Shown piece after piece: positions 19,139-28,938 of a DNA stretch of 64,000 nucleotides. The first letter of the stretch is position 1, and each line of letters opens with the position of its first letter. Both the position numbers and the translations under genes were made by a program. The notes under the pieces are model-generated. The model was given only the letters and a program-made list of their open reading frames with translations, ran no database searches and was not told the DNA's origin. The stretch is from an uncultured Lachnobacterium sp. (lineage in GTDB: Bacteria; Bacillota; Clostridia; Lachnospirales; Lachnospiraceae), in contig URSS01000004.1 in assembly GCA_900550545.1 (NCBI GenBank), positions 52,644-116,643 of the forward strand, in the 5' to 3' direction.

Positions 19139-19900
19139 TTATTTTGCAGCAATGACATCTGCCATATCATAATGTCCTGCACCTTTTCCGTTTAAGAACT
19201 TCGCTGCCTCTACTGCGCCCTTGGCAAATACAGCCTTAGAGTATGCTGTATGCTTGAATTCGATTACTTCATCCTGACCGGCGAAAATCACTTCATGCTC
19301 ACCGACGATGTTGCCGCCACGGACTGCAGAAATACCGATTTCATACTTGTCTCTCTTCTTGCGCTCCTGGCTTCTGTCATACTTGTAAGTATAAGCATCC
19401 TCCAGTGCATCGTTCATGGAATCCGCAAGTGCAAGTGCCGTACCGCTTGGTGCATCTAATTTCTGATTATGATGCTTCTCTACGATCTCCATATCAAATC
19501 CTGCCGGTGCAAATACCGTTGCCGCCTTCTTGAGAAGTTCCATCAAAGTGTTGATTCCCAATGACATATTTGCAGACTTAAGAATTGCAACTTTCTCATA
19601 TGCCTGCTCGACTTTCTGTAACTGTTCCTCAGAAAGTCCTGTCGTACACAATACAACCGGAATCTGCTTCTCCACACAGTAATCTACCAGTGCATCCACT
19701 GCCTTTGCATTGGAAAAATCAATAATTACATCTGCATCTACTGTACATTCTGCAAGGCTTGCAAATACCGGATACGTATTTTTAATACCATCATACATAT
19801 CGATTCCTGCAACAATTTCAATATCCGGATCCTGGGCACAGATCTGTGTAATGCACTGTCCCATCTTTCCGTTACAGCCATTCATAATCGCTCTTGTCAT
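19139..19900 (-). CDS. dapB: 4-hydroxy-tetrahydrodipicolinate reductase
   Basis: MTRAIMNGCNGKMGQ Rossmann N-terminus; 253 aa; immediately downstream of dapA. Confidence 0.9.
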   Translation of the reverse strand: MTRAIMNGCNGKMGQCITQICAQDPDIEIVAGIDMYDGIKNTYPVFASLAECTVDADVIIDFSNAKAVDALVDYCVEKQIPVVLCTTGLSEEQLQKVEQAYEKVAILKSANMSLGINTLMELLKKAATVFAPAGFDMEIVEKHHNQKLDAPSGTALALADSMNDALEDAYTYKYDRSQERKKRDKYEIGISAVRGGNIVGEHEVIFAGQDEVIEFKHTAYSKAVFAKGAVEAAKFLNGKGAGHYDMADVIAAK

Positions 19901-19947
19901 TTTCGTCTCTTATCCTTTCGTTCACCGAACATCTTCCGATACTTTTC

Positions 19948-20835
19948 TTATTTCAATAAACCGTAGTTCTTCATTACTTCTGCAAGTTTTGCGGCATTAG
20001 TCTCGCCCATCTCACAAAGTGGGGAACGAAGTGGTCCAACTTCCATGCCCATCAGATTCAATGCCTTCTTAACCGGGATTGGATTTACTTCTGAGAATAA
20101 TGCATCTACCAGTGGAAGTCCCTCTAACTGAATCTTTCTTGCTGTCTCAATGTCGCCCTTGAAAAAGCTGTCACACATCTGATGAACTTTTGCAGGTGCT
20201 ACATTACTCCATACAGAGATCACACCGACTGCACCGATAGATAACAACGGAACAACCAGTCCGTCCTCTCCAGAATACATATCGATCTTGCCGTCAGTAA
20301 GTGCCATTGTTTTGCTTGCCTGTGCCATATTACCGGTAGCTTCTTTTAATCCCACGATGTTCTCTTTTGCAGAAAACAGTGTTGCAACGGTCTCCGGAAG
20401 AAGATTACATCCGGTTCTTCCCGGTACATTGTACATGATGATCGGGCATTTTGTGCTGTCTGCGATCTGTGAATAGTGGCTAACCAGTCCGGCCTGTGTT
20501 GCCTTGTTGTAATATGGCGTTACGACCAGTAATCCGTCTACACCGGCCTCTTCTGCTTCCTGTGACAGCTGGATTGCTGTGCGTGTGCAGTTCGAACCGG
20601 TTCCTGCAACAACCGGAACACGGTGCTTTGTAAACTCAACAGCAGCCTTGATAACGTCGTGATGCTCCTCCATGGTAAGTGTAGAACTCTCACCTGTTGT
20701 GCCTGCGATAACAATTGCATCCGTACCTGCATCGATCTGTTGATTAATCAGCTCCTCTAACTTGTCATAATTTACATCCTGATTGTCTTTCATTGGTGTA
20801 ACGATTGCAACACCAGCTCCTTTAAATATTGCCAT
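19948..20835 (-). CDS. dapA: 4-hydroxy-tetrahydrodipicolinate synthase
   Basis: MAIFKGAGVAIVTPM...AIVIAGTTGESSTLT; 295 aa. Confidence 0.9.
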   Translation of the reverse strand: MAIFKGAGVAIVTPMKDNQDVNYDKLEELINQQIDAGTDAIVIAGTTGESSTLTMEEHHDVIKAAVEFTKHRVPVVAGTGSNCTRTAIQLSQEAEEAGVDGLLVVTPYYNKATQAGLVSHYSQIADSTKCPIIMYNVPGRTGCNLLPETVATLFSAKENIVGLKEATGNMAQASKTMALTDGKIDMYSGEDGLVVPLLSIGAVGVISVWSNVAPAKVHQMCDSFFKGDIETARKIQLEGLPLVDALFSEVNPIPVKKALNLMGMEVGPLRSPLCEMGETNAAKLAEVMKNYGLLK

Positions 20836-20849
20836 TTGCTCTCCCTTCC

Positions 20850-21075
20850 ATAAAAAAACCAGCTCTCATCTGAGCTGGTCTAATCTACATTGTTGTATAT
20901 TATAGATTCGATAGCTCTCCAACTTTGTAAGTTGACAGTCATACGGTTCTTCACCCTATGCCCAGAAATAAAATTACAGTTCTTTTATCTCTTCGGCGCT
21001 CGCCCCTTTCTCCTATGTTCCACTGTGTCTGTCACATCCCACAGAATACTCTTAGCTTGCGCGACCTCTATCTGA
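20850..21075 (-). promoter_or_regulatory. Lysine riboswitch (L-box) with intrinsic terminator, in the leader of dapA-dapB
   Basis: Minus-strand read: AGAGGTCGCGCAAG...TGGGATGTGACAG...GAGAAAGGGGCGAGCGCCGAAGAG...GACTGTCAACTT...TGGAGAGCTATCG, then terminator hairpin GACCAGCTCAGATGAGAGCTGGTC + TTTTTTT (20852-20880), then RBS GGAAGGGAGAG and ATG. Confidence 0.65.
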
Positions 21076-21112
21076 GTTATTTGCTTCTTTTTTGATAATA
21101 GCACCATGTGTA

Positions 21113-21667
21113 CTATTCGTCAATCCTTATTTTTTCCGGTGCAATATTATAAATCTCATCGGCATATGGACGAATGCTGTCCTCAAGGACACGTCCGGTA
21201 CAGACAAGTGTCATATCGTCCGGTTTATTTTCAAACAGTTCCTGCATCTCCTGTGGTGTAACCACCTTCTCATCAATCACACCCAGCACCTCATCAAGAA
21301 TCAGCATATCACAGGCGGCCGTCGTTACAACCTTCTTTCCATAGTTGAATCCGTTTCGCAGATTCATTGCCTCCTCCTGCTGCTCCTGCTCCGACAGCTC
21401 TTCAAAACTTTCATCGGATTTTGCAAATCGAAAGATCTTGATTTCCGGCTCAAGACGATTCAAAAAAGCCAGTTCATTCTCATTTTTCCCTTTTAAAAAT
21501 TCGATGATTATCACACTTTTGCCTTCGCTTGCATAACGGATTGCATTACCGATTGCAGCGGTTGACTTGCCGTGGCCCTCACCATAATAAATCTGTATAA
21601 TACCTTCGTTCATAATTGCCTCCAAAATAAAACCGAAGCCCTTTTCGTGTCTCCGATTTACTTTCAC
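21113..21667 (-). CDS. Cob(I)yrinic acid a,c-diamide adenosyltransferase (CobO/BtuR P-loop family)
   Basis: 184 aa; YGEGHGKSTAAIG P-loop; ...DEVLGVID... Confidence 0.65.
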   Translation of the reverse strand: MKVNRRHEKGFGFILEAIMNEGIIQIYYGEGHGKSTAAIGNAIRYASEGKSVIIIEFLKGKNENELAFLNRLEPEIKIFRFAKSDESFEELSEQEQQEEAMNLRNGFNYGKKVVTTAACDMLILDEVLGVIDEKVVTPQEMQELFENKPDDMTLVCTGRVLEDSIRPYADEIYNIAPEKIRIDE

Positions 21668-21743
21668 GCCTTATACAAAGAATCTTAAGTAAGATACCAC
21701 AAACAGGTCAAATAATCAAGTATGCCTCTTTTTTTTGTAGTTT

Positions 21744-22373
21744 TTACGACTCCAGAAATTCGATTTTGCTCACAGAGACTTCATAAGCAACCCTCTGTTC
21801 TACTTCTGTCTCACTAAGCTTTTTTACGTACTCACGACTTTGGATTCTTCCCCAGATCTGCACGTGGCTACCCACTTCAAATCCTGCTGCAAAACGCGCA
21901 TTTCTTCCCCAACAGATACACGGAATATAATCCGATTTGCCATAAGACCGGTTGACTGCTACAAGCAAATCCGCAATCTCTCTTCCAAGTGGAGTCTTCC
22001 TGTAAACGCTGTCTTTGCAAATAAAGCCATCAAGAAAAATCTGGTTCGTCTCATGATCCTCTTCCGGTGCCTCCACAAGTTCAAACTCTCTCGCAAATAC
22101 AGAAAGTACAAGACGGTTTTTGTGCTCCTCATGTCGATTAAAGGATCGGAACTGTCCGGTCACATACACATACTGACCATTGCAGTCGGATTTTACATCA
22201 ATCAGACGCTCCGATACCATGACCGGTATGTAATCTACGAAGTTGGAGAGGCGGTTTACTGATACTTCTACCATATAAAAGCCTTCTCCATACACTTCGT
22301 GACTAAACACAAAATCTGATACAATTTCTCCGATAATCGTTACCTGGTTGTTTTCAAACATTTTATCTGCCAT
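21744..22373 (-). CDS. OB-fold single-stranded DNA-binding-like protein (SSB-like, two OB repeats)
   Basis: 209 aa; weak resemblance to the short SSB-like proteins of Clostridia; no definitive motif seen. Confidence 0.35.
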   Translation of the reverse strand: MADKMFENNQVTIIGEIVSDFVFSHEVYGEGFYMVEVSVNRLSNFVDYIPVMVSERLIDVKSDCNGQYVYVTGQFRSFNRHEEHKNRLVLSVFAREFELVEAPEEDHETNQIFLDGFICKDSVYRKTPLGREIADLLVAVNRSYGKSDYIPCICWGRNARFAAGFEVGSHVQIWGRIQSREYVKKLSETEVEQRVAYEVSVSKIEFLES

Positions 22374-22524
22374 GAATTTTCTCCCTTCCTTTTGTGGAAA
22401 TATTTGTTAGGGTTATGTTTTACCATTTATTCATTGCAAGAAATCATCAAAGTATGTCGATAAAAAAACAGATGTGAACAGCAACATTTTTCGCTATATT
22501 TTTTATTAAACATAGAAGAAACTC

Positions 22525-22552
22525 TTGCGAAAATGCATTTTTATGATAAAAT
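22525..22552 (+). promoter_or_regulatory. Candidate sigma-A promoter of typA with extended -10
   Basis: TTGCGA (22525-22530), 16-nt spacer, TGaTAAAAT (22544-22552). Confidence 0.4.
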
Positions 22553-22605
22553 GGTACAGGTTATAATACACAAAGAGATATGTATAATAGAAAAGAAGGT
22601 AAATT

Positions 22606-24450
22606 ATGGTAACAACAAGAGATGATATTCGTAATATAGCAATTATCGCCCATGTCGATCATGGTAAAACGACTCTGGTCGATGAATTGTTAAAACAAAG
22701 CGGTGTGTTCCGTGCCAATCAGGAAGTGCAGGAGCGCGTCATGGACTCTAACGATATCGAGCGTGAGCGTGGTATCACTATCTTGTCCAAAAATACTGCC
22801 GTATTTTATAAGGATACAAAAATCAACATCATAGATACTCCAGGACATGCCGATTTCGGTGGTGAAGTTGAGCGAGTTCTTAAGATGGTAAATGGTGTTG
22901 TTCTCGTAGTAGATGCGTTCGAAGGAACCATGCCACAGACAAAATTCGTACTGATGAAAGCACTGGCTTTGAATCTTCCGGTTATTGTCTGCATCAACAA
23001 AATTGACCGTCCGGAAGCCAGACCTGCCGAAGTTATCGATGAAGTATTAGAGCTTTTCATGGATCTGGATGCTTCCGACGAGCAGCTTGACTGCCCATTT
23101 ATTTATGCATCCGCAAGAGACGGATACGCAATGTACAACCTCGATGATGAGAAGAAAGATATGACACCTCTCTTCGAGACGATCGTAAACTATATTCCTG
23201 CACCAACCGGTGATCCGGATGCCAGCACACAGGTACTGATCAGTACGATCGATTACAATGAGTATGTCGGACGTATCGGTATCGGTAAAGTAGACAACGG
23301 TTCCCTGAAAGTCAATCAGGAAGCAGTCGTTGTCAACCACCATGATCCTGACAAGCTTGAAAAAGTGCGTATCAGCAAACTTTATGAATTCGACGGACTA
23401 AATAAGGTAGATGTCACAGAAGCAAAGATTGGTTCGATCGTAGCAATCTCCGGTATTGCGGATATCCACATCGGAGATACTATCTGCTCACCGGAAAACC
23501 CACAGGCGATTCCGTTCCAGAAGATTTCTGAGCCGACCATTTCCATGAATTTTATCGTAAACGACAGTCCTCTCGCCGGACAGGAAGGAAAATTTGTCAC
23601 TTCCCGTCACATCCGCGACAGACTGTTCCGCGAATTAAATACGGATGTATCACTTCGTGTCGAAGAAACGGACAGCCCAGACAGCCTGAAGGTTTCTGGC
23701 CGTGGTGAACTTCACTTATCCGTCCTGATTGAAAACATGCGCCGTGAAGGTTATGAGTTCGCAGTCAGCAAAGCCGAAGTTCTTTATCACTATGATGAAA
23801 ATGGCAAGAAACTTGAGCCAATGGAGCTTGCTTATGTCGATGTTCCAGACGAATTTACCGGAGCTGTTATATCCAAGCTGCAGCAGCGTAAAGGTGAACT
23901 TCAGAATATGGGTTCTATCGCCGGCGGCTATACAAGATTAGAATTTAAGATTCCATCCCGCGGTCTCATCGGTTATCGTGGAGAGTTCATGACCGATACA
24001 AAGGGTAATGGTATCATCAATACAATGTTCGATGGCTATGAGCCATTCCGTGGAGAAATTGCTTACCGTTCCACTGGCTCTCTGATTGCTTTCGAGACGG
24101 GTGAATCCGTAACTTACGGTCTGTTCTCCGCTCAGGAGCGTGGTACACTCTTCATCGGACCTGGTGAGAAAGTTTATTCCGGTATGATCATCGGACAGAG
24201 TTCGAAAGCTGAAGATATCGAACTGAATGTATGTAAGAAGAAGCATCTGACCAATACACGTTCTTCTTCCGCTGACGAAGCACTGACACTGGTTCCACCA
24301 CGTAAGTTAAGTCTTGAGCAGGCATTGGATTTCATCGATACCGACGAACTTCTTGAAGTTACCCCGGAAAGTCTCCGTATCCGTAAGAGAATCCTTGATC
24401 CTACCATGCGTAAAAGAGCATCAATTGCAAGAAAGAATGCAATGAAATAA
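22606..24450 (+). CDS. typA: Translational GTPase TypA/BipA
   Basis: IRNIAIIAHVDHGKTTLVDELL G1 motif; 614 aa. Confidence 0.95.
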   Translation: MVTTRDDIRNIAIIAHVDHGKTTLVDELLKQSGVFRANQEVQERVMDSNDIERERGITILSKNTAVFYKDTKINIIDTPGHADFGGEVERVLKMVNGVVLVVDAFEGTMPQTKFVLMKALALNLPVIVCINKIDRPEARPAEVIDEVLELFMDLDASDEQLDCPFIYASARDGYAMYNLDDEKKDMTPLFETIVNYIPAPTGDPDASTQVLISTIDYNEYVGRIGIGKVDNGSLKVNQEAVVVNHHDPDKLEKVRISKLYEFDGLNKVDVTEAKIGSIVAISGIADIHIGDTICSPENPQAIPFQKISEPTISMNFIVNDSPLAGQEGKFVTSRHIRDRLFRELNTDVSLRVEETDSPDSLKVSGRGELHLSVLIENMRREGYEFAVSKAEVLYHYDENGKKLEPMELAYVDVPDEFTGAVISKLQQRKGELQNMGSIAGGYTRLEFKIPSRGLIGYRGEFMTDTKGNGIINTMFDGYEPFRGEIAYRSTGSLIAFETGESVTYGLFSAQERGTLFIGPGEKVYSGMIIGQSSKAEDIELNVCKKKHLTNTRSSSADEALTLVPPRKLSLEQALDFIDTDELLEVTPESLRIRKRILDPTMRKRASIARKNAMK

Positions 24451-24463
24451 TATAGATGATTAC

Positions 24464-24503
24464 AAAAAACCCCGGCAGGCAAAAGCCTCCCGGGGTTTTT
24501 TTG
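24464..24503. terminator. Bidirectional rho-independent terminator shared by typA and minE
   Basis: AAAAAA-CCCCGGCAGGC-AAAA-GCCTCCCGGGG-TTTTTTT. Confidence 0.85.
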
Positions 24504-24527
24504 TATCCGATTGATTATGCTTTTATC

Positions 24528-24809
24528 TTATCTTGGTTCCGGACGATGTTTCATATCACGAATAGGGATATTTGCAACAAGTGCAGGAACTGTTCCGTTA
24601 TTGGAATCGGATTCCGTCTCTGTAATTTTCACATCAAGTGCTTCCGCATCAATATCCATATAACGGGATATGACCTCAATGATATCATTTTTCATCATTT
24701 CCATCATCTCAGAGGAACAGTTGGCGCGGTCTGAAACGAGCACCAGCTTCAAGCGGTCCTTTGCGACATTGCCTGAAGTTTTCTTTTTAAATAAATCCAT
24801 TATTCCCAC
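24528..24809 (-). CDS. minE: Cell division topological specificity factor MinE
   Basis: MGIMDLFKKK...; 93 aa; follows minD. Confidence 0.85.
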   Translation of the reverse strand: MGIMDLFKKKTSGNVAKDRLKLVLVSDRANCSSEMMEMMKNDIIEVISRYMDIDAEALDVKITETESDSNNGTVPALVANIPIRDMKHRPEPR

Positions 24810-24824
24810 AATAAATATCCCCCT

Positions 24825-25616
24825 TTAATTTTTCTTAAACATATCTTTCAACTTTTCGAAAACTCCATGCTTTTGGTTCAGATCCAGTAATGGAACCTCT
24901 TCACCCAATATGCGGTGACATATATTCATATATGCCTTTCCTGCCAGACTGTTTGTACCAACAAGTGGCTCTCCACGGTTTGTAGAAACAACGATCTGTT
25001 CATCATCCGGTACGGCACCGATCAGATTGACGGCAAGAATTTCCGTAACATCATCTACATTCATCATATCTCCACGTTTTACCATATCGACACGCAGACG
25101 GTTGACAATCAAGTCAATGCGTTTCATCTCATTTGCTTCAAGCAAACCAACAATACGGTCTGCATCACGGATTGCAGACACCTCAGGTGTTGTAACAACA
25201 AGTGCACGATCTGCTCCTGCAACTGCATTTTTGAATCCCTGCTCAATACCTGCCGGACAATCAAGCAAGATATAATCAAACTCTTCACGAAGCTCATTGA
25301 TAAGTTCTACCATCTGCTCCGGTGTAACCGCATCCTTATCTCTGGTCTGTGCAGATGGAAGAAGACAAAGCTCCGGGTATTTCTTATCCTTGATCAGTGC
25401 CTGACGAATACGGCATTTTCCTTCAACAACGTCCACCAGATTATATACAATACGATTTTCCAGACCCATAACAACATCCAGATTGCGCAATCCGATATCC
25501 GTATCAATCATAACAACTTTTTTATTTAACTGTGCAAGACCTGTACCTATATTTGCTGTGGTTGTGGTCTTTCCTACACCACCCTTTCCCGATGTGATAA
25601 CGATTACTTCGCTCAT
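24825..25616 (-). CDS. minD: Septum site-determining ATPase MinD
   Basis: MSEVIVITSGKGGVGKTTTTANIG deviant Walker A; 263 aa. Confidence 0.95.
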   Translation of the reverse strand: MSEVIVITSGKGGVGKTTTTANIGTGLAQLNKKVVMIDTDIGLRNLDVVMGLENRIVYNLVDVVEGKCRIRQALIKDKKYPELCLLPSAQTRDKDAVTPEQMVELINELREEFDYILLDCPAGIEQGFKNAVAGADRALVVTTPEVSAIRDADRIVGLLEANEMKRIDLIVNRLRVDMVKRGDMMNVDDVTEILAVNLIGAVPDDEQIVVSTNRGEPLVGTNSLAGKAYMNICHRILGEEVPLLDLNQKHGVFEKLKDMFKKN

Positions 25617-25638
25617 TAAATTCTTTCCTCCTACGTTT

Positions 25639-26370
25639 CTAAATGGTATTTAAAATATTTTTTGTAATTGGTTCAATATAAATATTTCCATCTTTTGCAA
25701 TGGCAATCTGTGCTTCATTTTCCGTCTGTTTTTTCTTACGGCGCGTACGTTGCTTCTGTTCTGCCTGATCCGGACTCTTCGCAATCAGATCACCAATCTG
25801 AATCTGAATCGGCTTCATATCCAATGCAAAAACAAAACAGCTTCTGTCTCCCGTACATCCTGCGTGAACGTTACCTTTGAGTGCACCAAGAATTATGATA
25901 TTTCCCTGTGCAATAATTTTTGCACCTGGATTCACATCTCCTATGATCGTAACACTTGATTCACTGGAAATCACCTGTCCAGATCTGAGCGTGCCGCGGT
26001 AAAACTGCTCCGGAACACTAATCGGTGCTGTATTCTCACATTCCTGCTGCACTGCGCCATAAAAAGCCTCGACCTGCTCTTTCATGATTGCTTCCTGCTT
26101 TGTTCCTTTTTCCACAATGCATAAAATCTCTATTGTAGTATTTTTTTCTATGGCTGCAATAATCTGTTGTTCCTCATCATCTGAAAGTGCTCTTCCCTCA
26201 AATGCAAGTGCAAGTTTCGCATTTTTAAAAAAACTGCTGGATGCTTTAAATTTTTCAACAACATCCTTTAACAAATCGTCAAATGCAACATCCGGATTTA
26301 AAACCAGATTGATTCCATATTTATTACTCTTTATTGTAACCGACTGTGACATGAATACCTCCAATTTCAT
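25639..26370 (-). CDS. minC: Septum site-determining protein MinC
   Basis: 243 aa; C-terminal beta-helix repeats (GDVNPGAKIIAQGNIIILGALKGNVHAG); min operon context. Confidence 0.8.
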   Translation of the reverse strand: MKLEVFMSQSVTIKSNKYGINLVLNPDVAFDDLLKDVVEKFKASSSFFKNAKLALAFEGRALSDDEEQQIIAAIEKNTTIEILCIVEKGTKQEAIMKEQVEAFYGAVQQECENTAPISVPEQFYRGTLRSGQVISSESSVTIIGDVNPGAKIIAQGNIIILGALKGNVHAGCTGDRSCFVFALDMKPIQIQIGDLIAKSPDQAEQKQRTRRKKKQTENEAQIAIAKDGNIYIEPITKNILNTI

Positions 26371-26451
26371 TTAAAATGAAATTCATTACCCCTCATTATA
26401 CATTTTTATGACTGTTCGTGCAACCTTTCAAAACTGTTATTCCATTCACAG

Positions 26452-27696
26452 TTATAGTTTTCCATATACCTCCATCGGAACATATGCCTTGATTTCGATT
26501 CCTTCCGGTACATATTCCTCGGAAACAAGTTCTCCTTTCTCCCGGACAAGTTGTATGATACCTGCCTGTGCATAGGGGATAACACGTTCAATATAAACTT
26601 TGTCTTCGCGCAGCATTTCCTGCAAGAGAGCCTTGATTTCATCCAATCCCTGATTATTCGCTGCCGATATCTGTAGAATATGGTCTGCACGGAAATCCTG
26701 CAAAGGTTCTTCCTCAGTGCGCTGATCCATTTTGTTGAACAGCGTGACCATCTTCTTATTCTTTACTCCGAGATGATCCAATGTCTCATAAACTATATGC
26801 ATCTGTTTGTCCATCTGCGGATTCGAAGCATCTACAACATGGAAAATATAGTCTGCATATTTTGCCTCTTCAAGTGTGCTTTTAAACGCCTCGATCAAAT
26901 GGTGCGGAAGCTTACGGATAAATCCTACCGTGTCTGTCAAAAGCACCTGCTGATGTCCATCCAGTTCCAACATACGGGTGGTCGGGTCGAGTGTTGCAAA
27001 AAGCTTATCTTCTTCAAGTACCTCTGCATCGGTCAGATGATTTAACAGTGTCGATTTGCCAGCATTCGTATAACCGACGATTGCCACAACCGGTACTTCG
27101 CTTTTGGCTCGTTTTGCGCGGGTAATCTCACGATGTTTGACCACTTCCTTCAATTCACGATTTAGCTGGGCAATGCGGTCATTAATCAGTCGACGGTCAA
27201 TCTCCAGCTTCTTTTCTCCTGGTCCTCTCGTTCCAATACCACCACCAAGACGAGACATCGTTTTTCCAAGACCGCTAAGCCGGCTGAGCCGGTACTTTAA
27301 CTGTGCCAGTTCGACCTGTATTTTTCCTTCACTAGTCGTTGCACGCGCTGCGAAAATATCCAGAATGATCAATGTACGATCCATGACTTTGGTATCTAAC
27401 ATGTTTTCAAGATTGCGAAGCTGCGCCGGAGACAATTCATCATCGCACACAATGCCAGTAGCTCCTGTCTGTGCAATAAGCAGCGCAATCTCTTCTACTT
27501 TTCCGGTTCCCACATAAGTGCCCGGATGTATGGTCTCACGCTTTTGAATCAACGTGCCCACAACGGTAGCGCCAGCAGTCTTGACCAGTTCCGCAAGCTC
27601 TGTCACGGAATCTTCCGCATCATCGCCCTCCTGCTCGCTGACTCCTACTAAAATTACTTTTTCTTCAATTTCTTCGATTTCCTGTGGTTTTGCCAT
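26452..27696 (-). CDS. hflX: GTPase HflX
   Basis: HflX N-domain then G domain (VAIVGYTNAGKSTLLN, DTVGF); 414 aa. Confidence 0.9.
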   Translation of the reverse strand: MAKPQEIEEIEEKVILVGVSEQEGDDAEDSVTELAELVKTAGATVVGTLIQKRETIHPGTYVGTGKVEEIALLIAQTGATGIVCDDELSPAQLRNLENMLDTKVMDRTLIILDIFAARATTSEGKIQVELAQLKYRLSRLSGLGKTMSRLGGGIGTRGPGEKKLEIDRRLINDRIAQLNRELKEVVKHREITRAKRAKSEVPVVAIVGYTNAGKSTLLNHLTDAEVLEEDKLFATLDPTTRMLELDGHQQVLLTDTVGFIRKLPHHLIEAFKSTLEEAKYADYIFHVVDASNPQMDKQMHIVYETLDHLGVKNKKMVTLFNKMDQRTEEEPLQDFRADHILQISAANNQGLDEIKALLQEMLREDKVYIERVIPYAQAGIIQLVREKGELVSEEYVPEGIEIKAYVPMEVYGKL

Positions 27697-28649
27697 TATC
27701 TAGTCTCCAAAAATGTACTTTCTTTCTGTGCATCCTCATCGGACGGATACTCTTCCAGATAATCTTTGAGCATCGTTTTGGCGGAATCAAAATCTCCGCT
27801 ATACTCGTATGCAGTAATCGCACTTTTCATAAGATTCTGCTTATTCGGAACTTTCTCAAGTGCAAGTCCCGCATTAAAATACGTCAGTGCTTCCTCATAA
27901 TCTCCATCGTTCAATTCCGAACTCCCAAGATCATACAATTCATAAGAAGTAGCAACTCCACTATCGAGATACTCCTTTACATAAGACTGTGCCTTATCGG
28001 TATCTCCCTGTGCTTCATACGTCAGTCCAAGATAATAAGATGCTTTCTGCTGACCATCTTCCTTTGCCTTGGTGAGGTCGGTAACAGCCGTCTTATAATC
28101 CCCTAAAAGATAACTGATCTGTCCCTTGTACAAAAGGTCCTCTGCCTTCTCTCCTTTGATTTCCATAGCCTGATTCAGATATTTCTGCGCATTCTCTTTT
28201 GCTCCATGATTTTTCATGGACTGATAAATTCCAATGTACAATTCGTAATCTTTTTTGTCCTGTTTTACGGCTTCTTCATAATCTGCTAATGCTTTCTTTT
28301 CTTCTCCTATATCATAATAGAGATTTCCACGCAGATAGTATGCCCGTCCATCTTTATTATATTTGATGATTGCATTATAAGTCTCTAAGGCATCATCCTT
28401 TGCACCGCTTAAATACTGTGCCTGCGCCTTGTAAAAACAGATATCGATTTCCTTCTCGCCCACTTTGCCGAGTGACTGGTTCAATGCATTCTGAAATGCC
28501 TTGATCGCATCCTCATAATTTCCACTCTCCAGACAATTGATGCCGTACTGTCGATACGCATCCTGCTCGGTTGTGTCTTTTGATCCGCATGCTGCAAGAG
28601 ACAGCGCAAGAACTGCTGCAAGCATGATTGAAACTATACGCTTTTTCAT
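27696..28649 (-). CDS. TPR-repeat lipoprotein
   Basis: Start taken at MKKRIVSIMLAAVLALSLAAC (lipobox LAAC); multiple TPR-like Y/A/L repeats. Confidence 0.7.
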   Translation of the reverse strand: MKKRIVSIMLAAVLALSLAACGSKDTTEQDAYRQYGINCLESGNYEDAIKAFQNALNQSLGKVGEKEIDICFYKAQAQYLSGAKDDALETYNAIIKYNKDGRAYYLRGNLYYDIGEEKKALADYEEAVKQDKKDYELYIGIYQSMKNHGAKENAQKYLNQAMEIKGEKAEDLLYKGQISYLLGDYKTAVTDLTKAKEDGQQKASYYLGLTYEAQGDTDKAQSYVKEYLDSGVATSYELYDLGSSELNDGDYEEALTYFNAGLALEKVPNKQNLMKSAITAYEYSGDFDSAKTMLKDYLEEYPSDEDAQKESTFLETR

Positions 28650-28852
28650 TCTATGTTCTCTCTTTCTTTTGATAGAGTTCCTTATCAACTGCACTTCTAC
28701 TATCTTATCATATCCAGAATAAAAAAACATCCATATTCCAAAGATTCTGTAAATGTATTTAACGTTCCAAACCTGATTCAATAAATCTACCGCTGCGTAT
28801 GCAATGCTTTCATGTGCATATCAGATTAAATGTTTTTATAACAAATTCATGA

Positions 28853-28890
28853 CATAAAAACACGGGAACCGAACGAACCGGTTCCCGTGT
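28853..28890 (-). terminator. Rho-independent terminator of glgP
   Basis: CACGGGAACCG...CGGTTCCCGTG hairpin (28861-28889) followed on the minus strand by TTTTT. Confidence 0.8.
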
Positions 28891-28938
28891 GAGGAGGAAT
28901 AATTTAAAATATGAATAGAAAATTTACTATAATTTGTT

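Noticed and set aside
24915-25529. 204-aa plus-strand ORF
   Set aside because: Antisense within minD; spurious.
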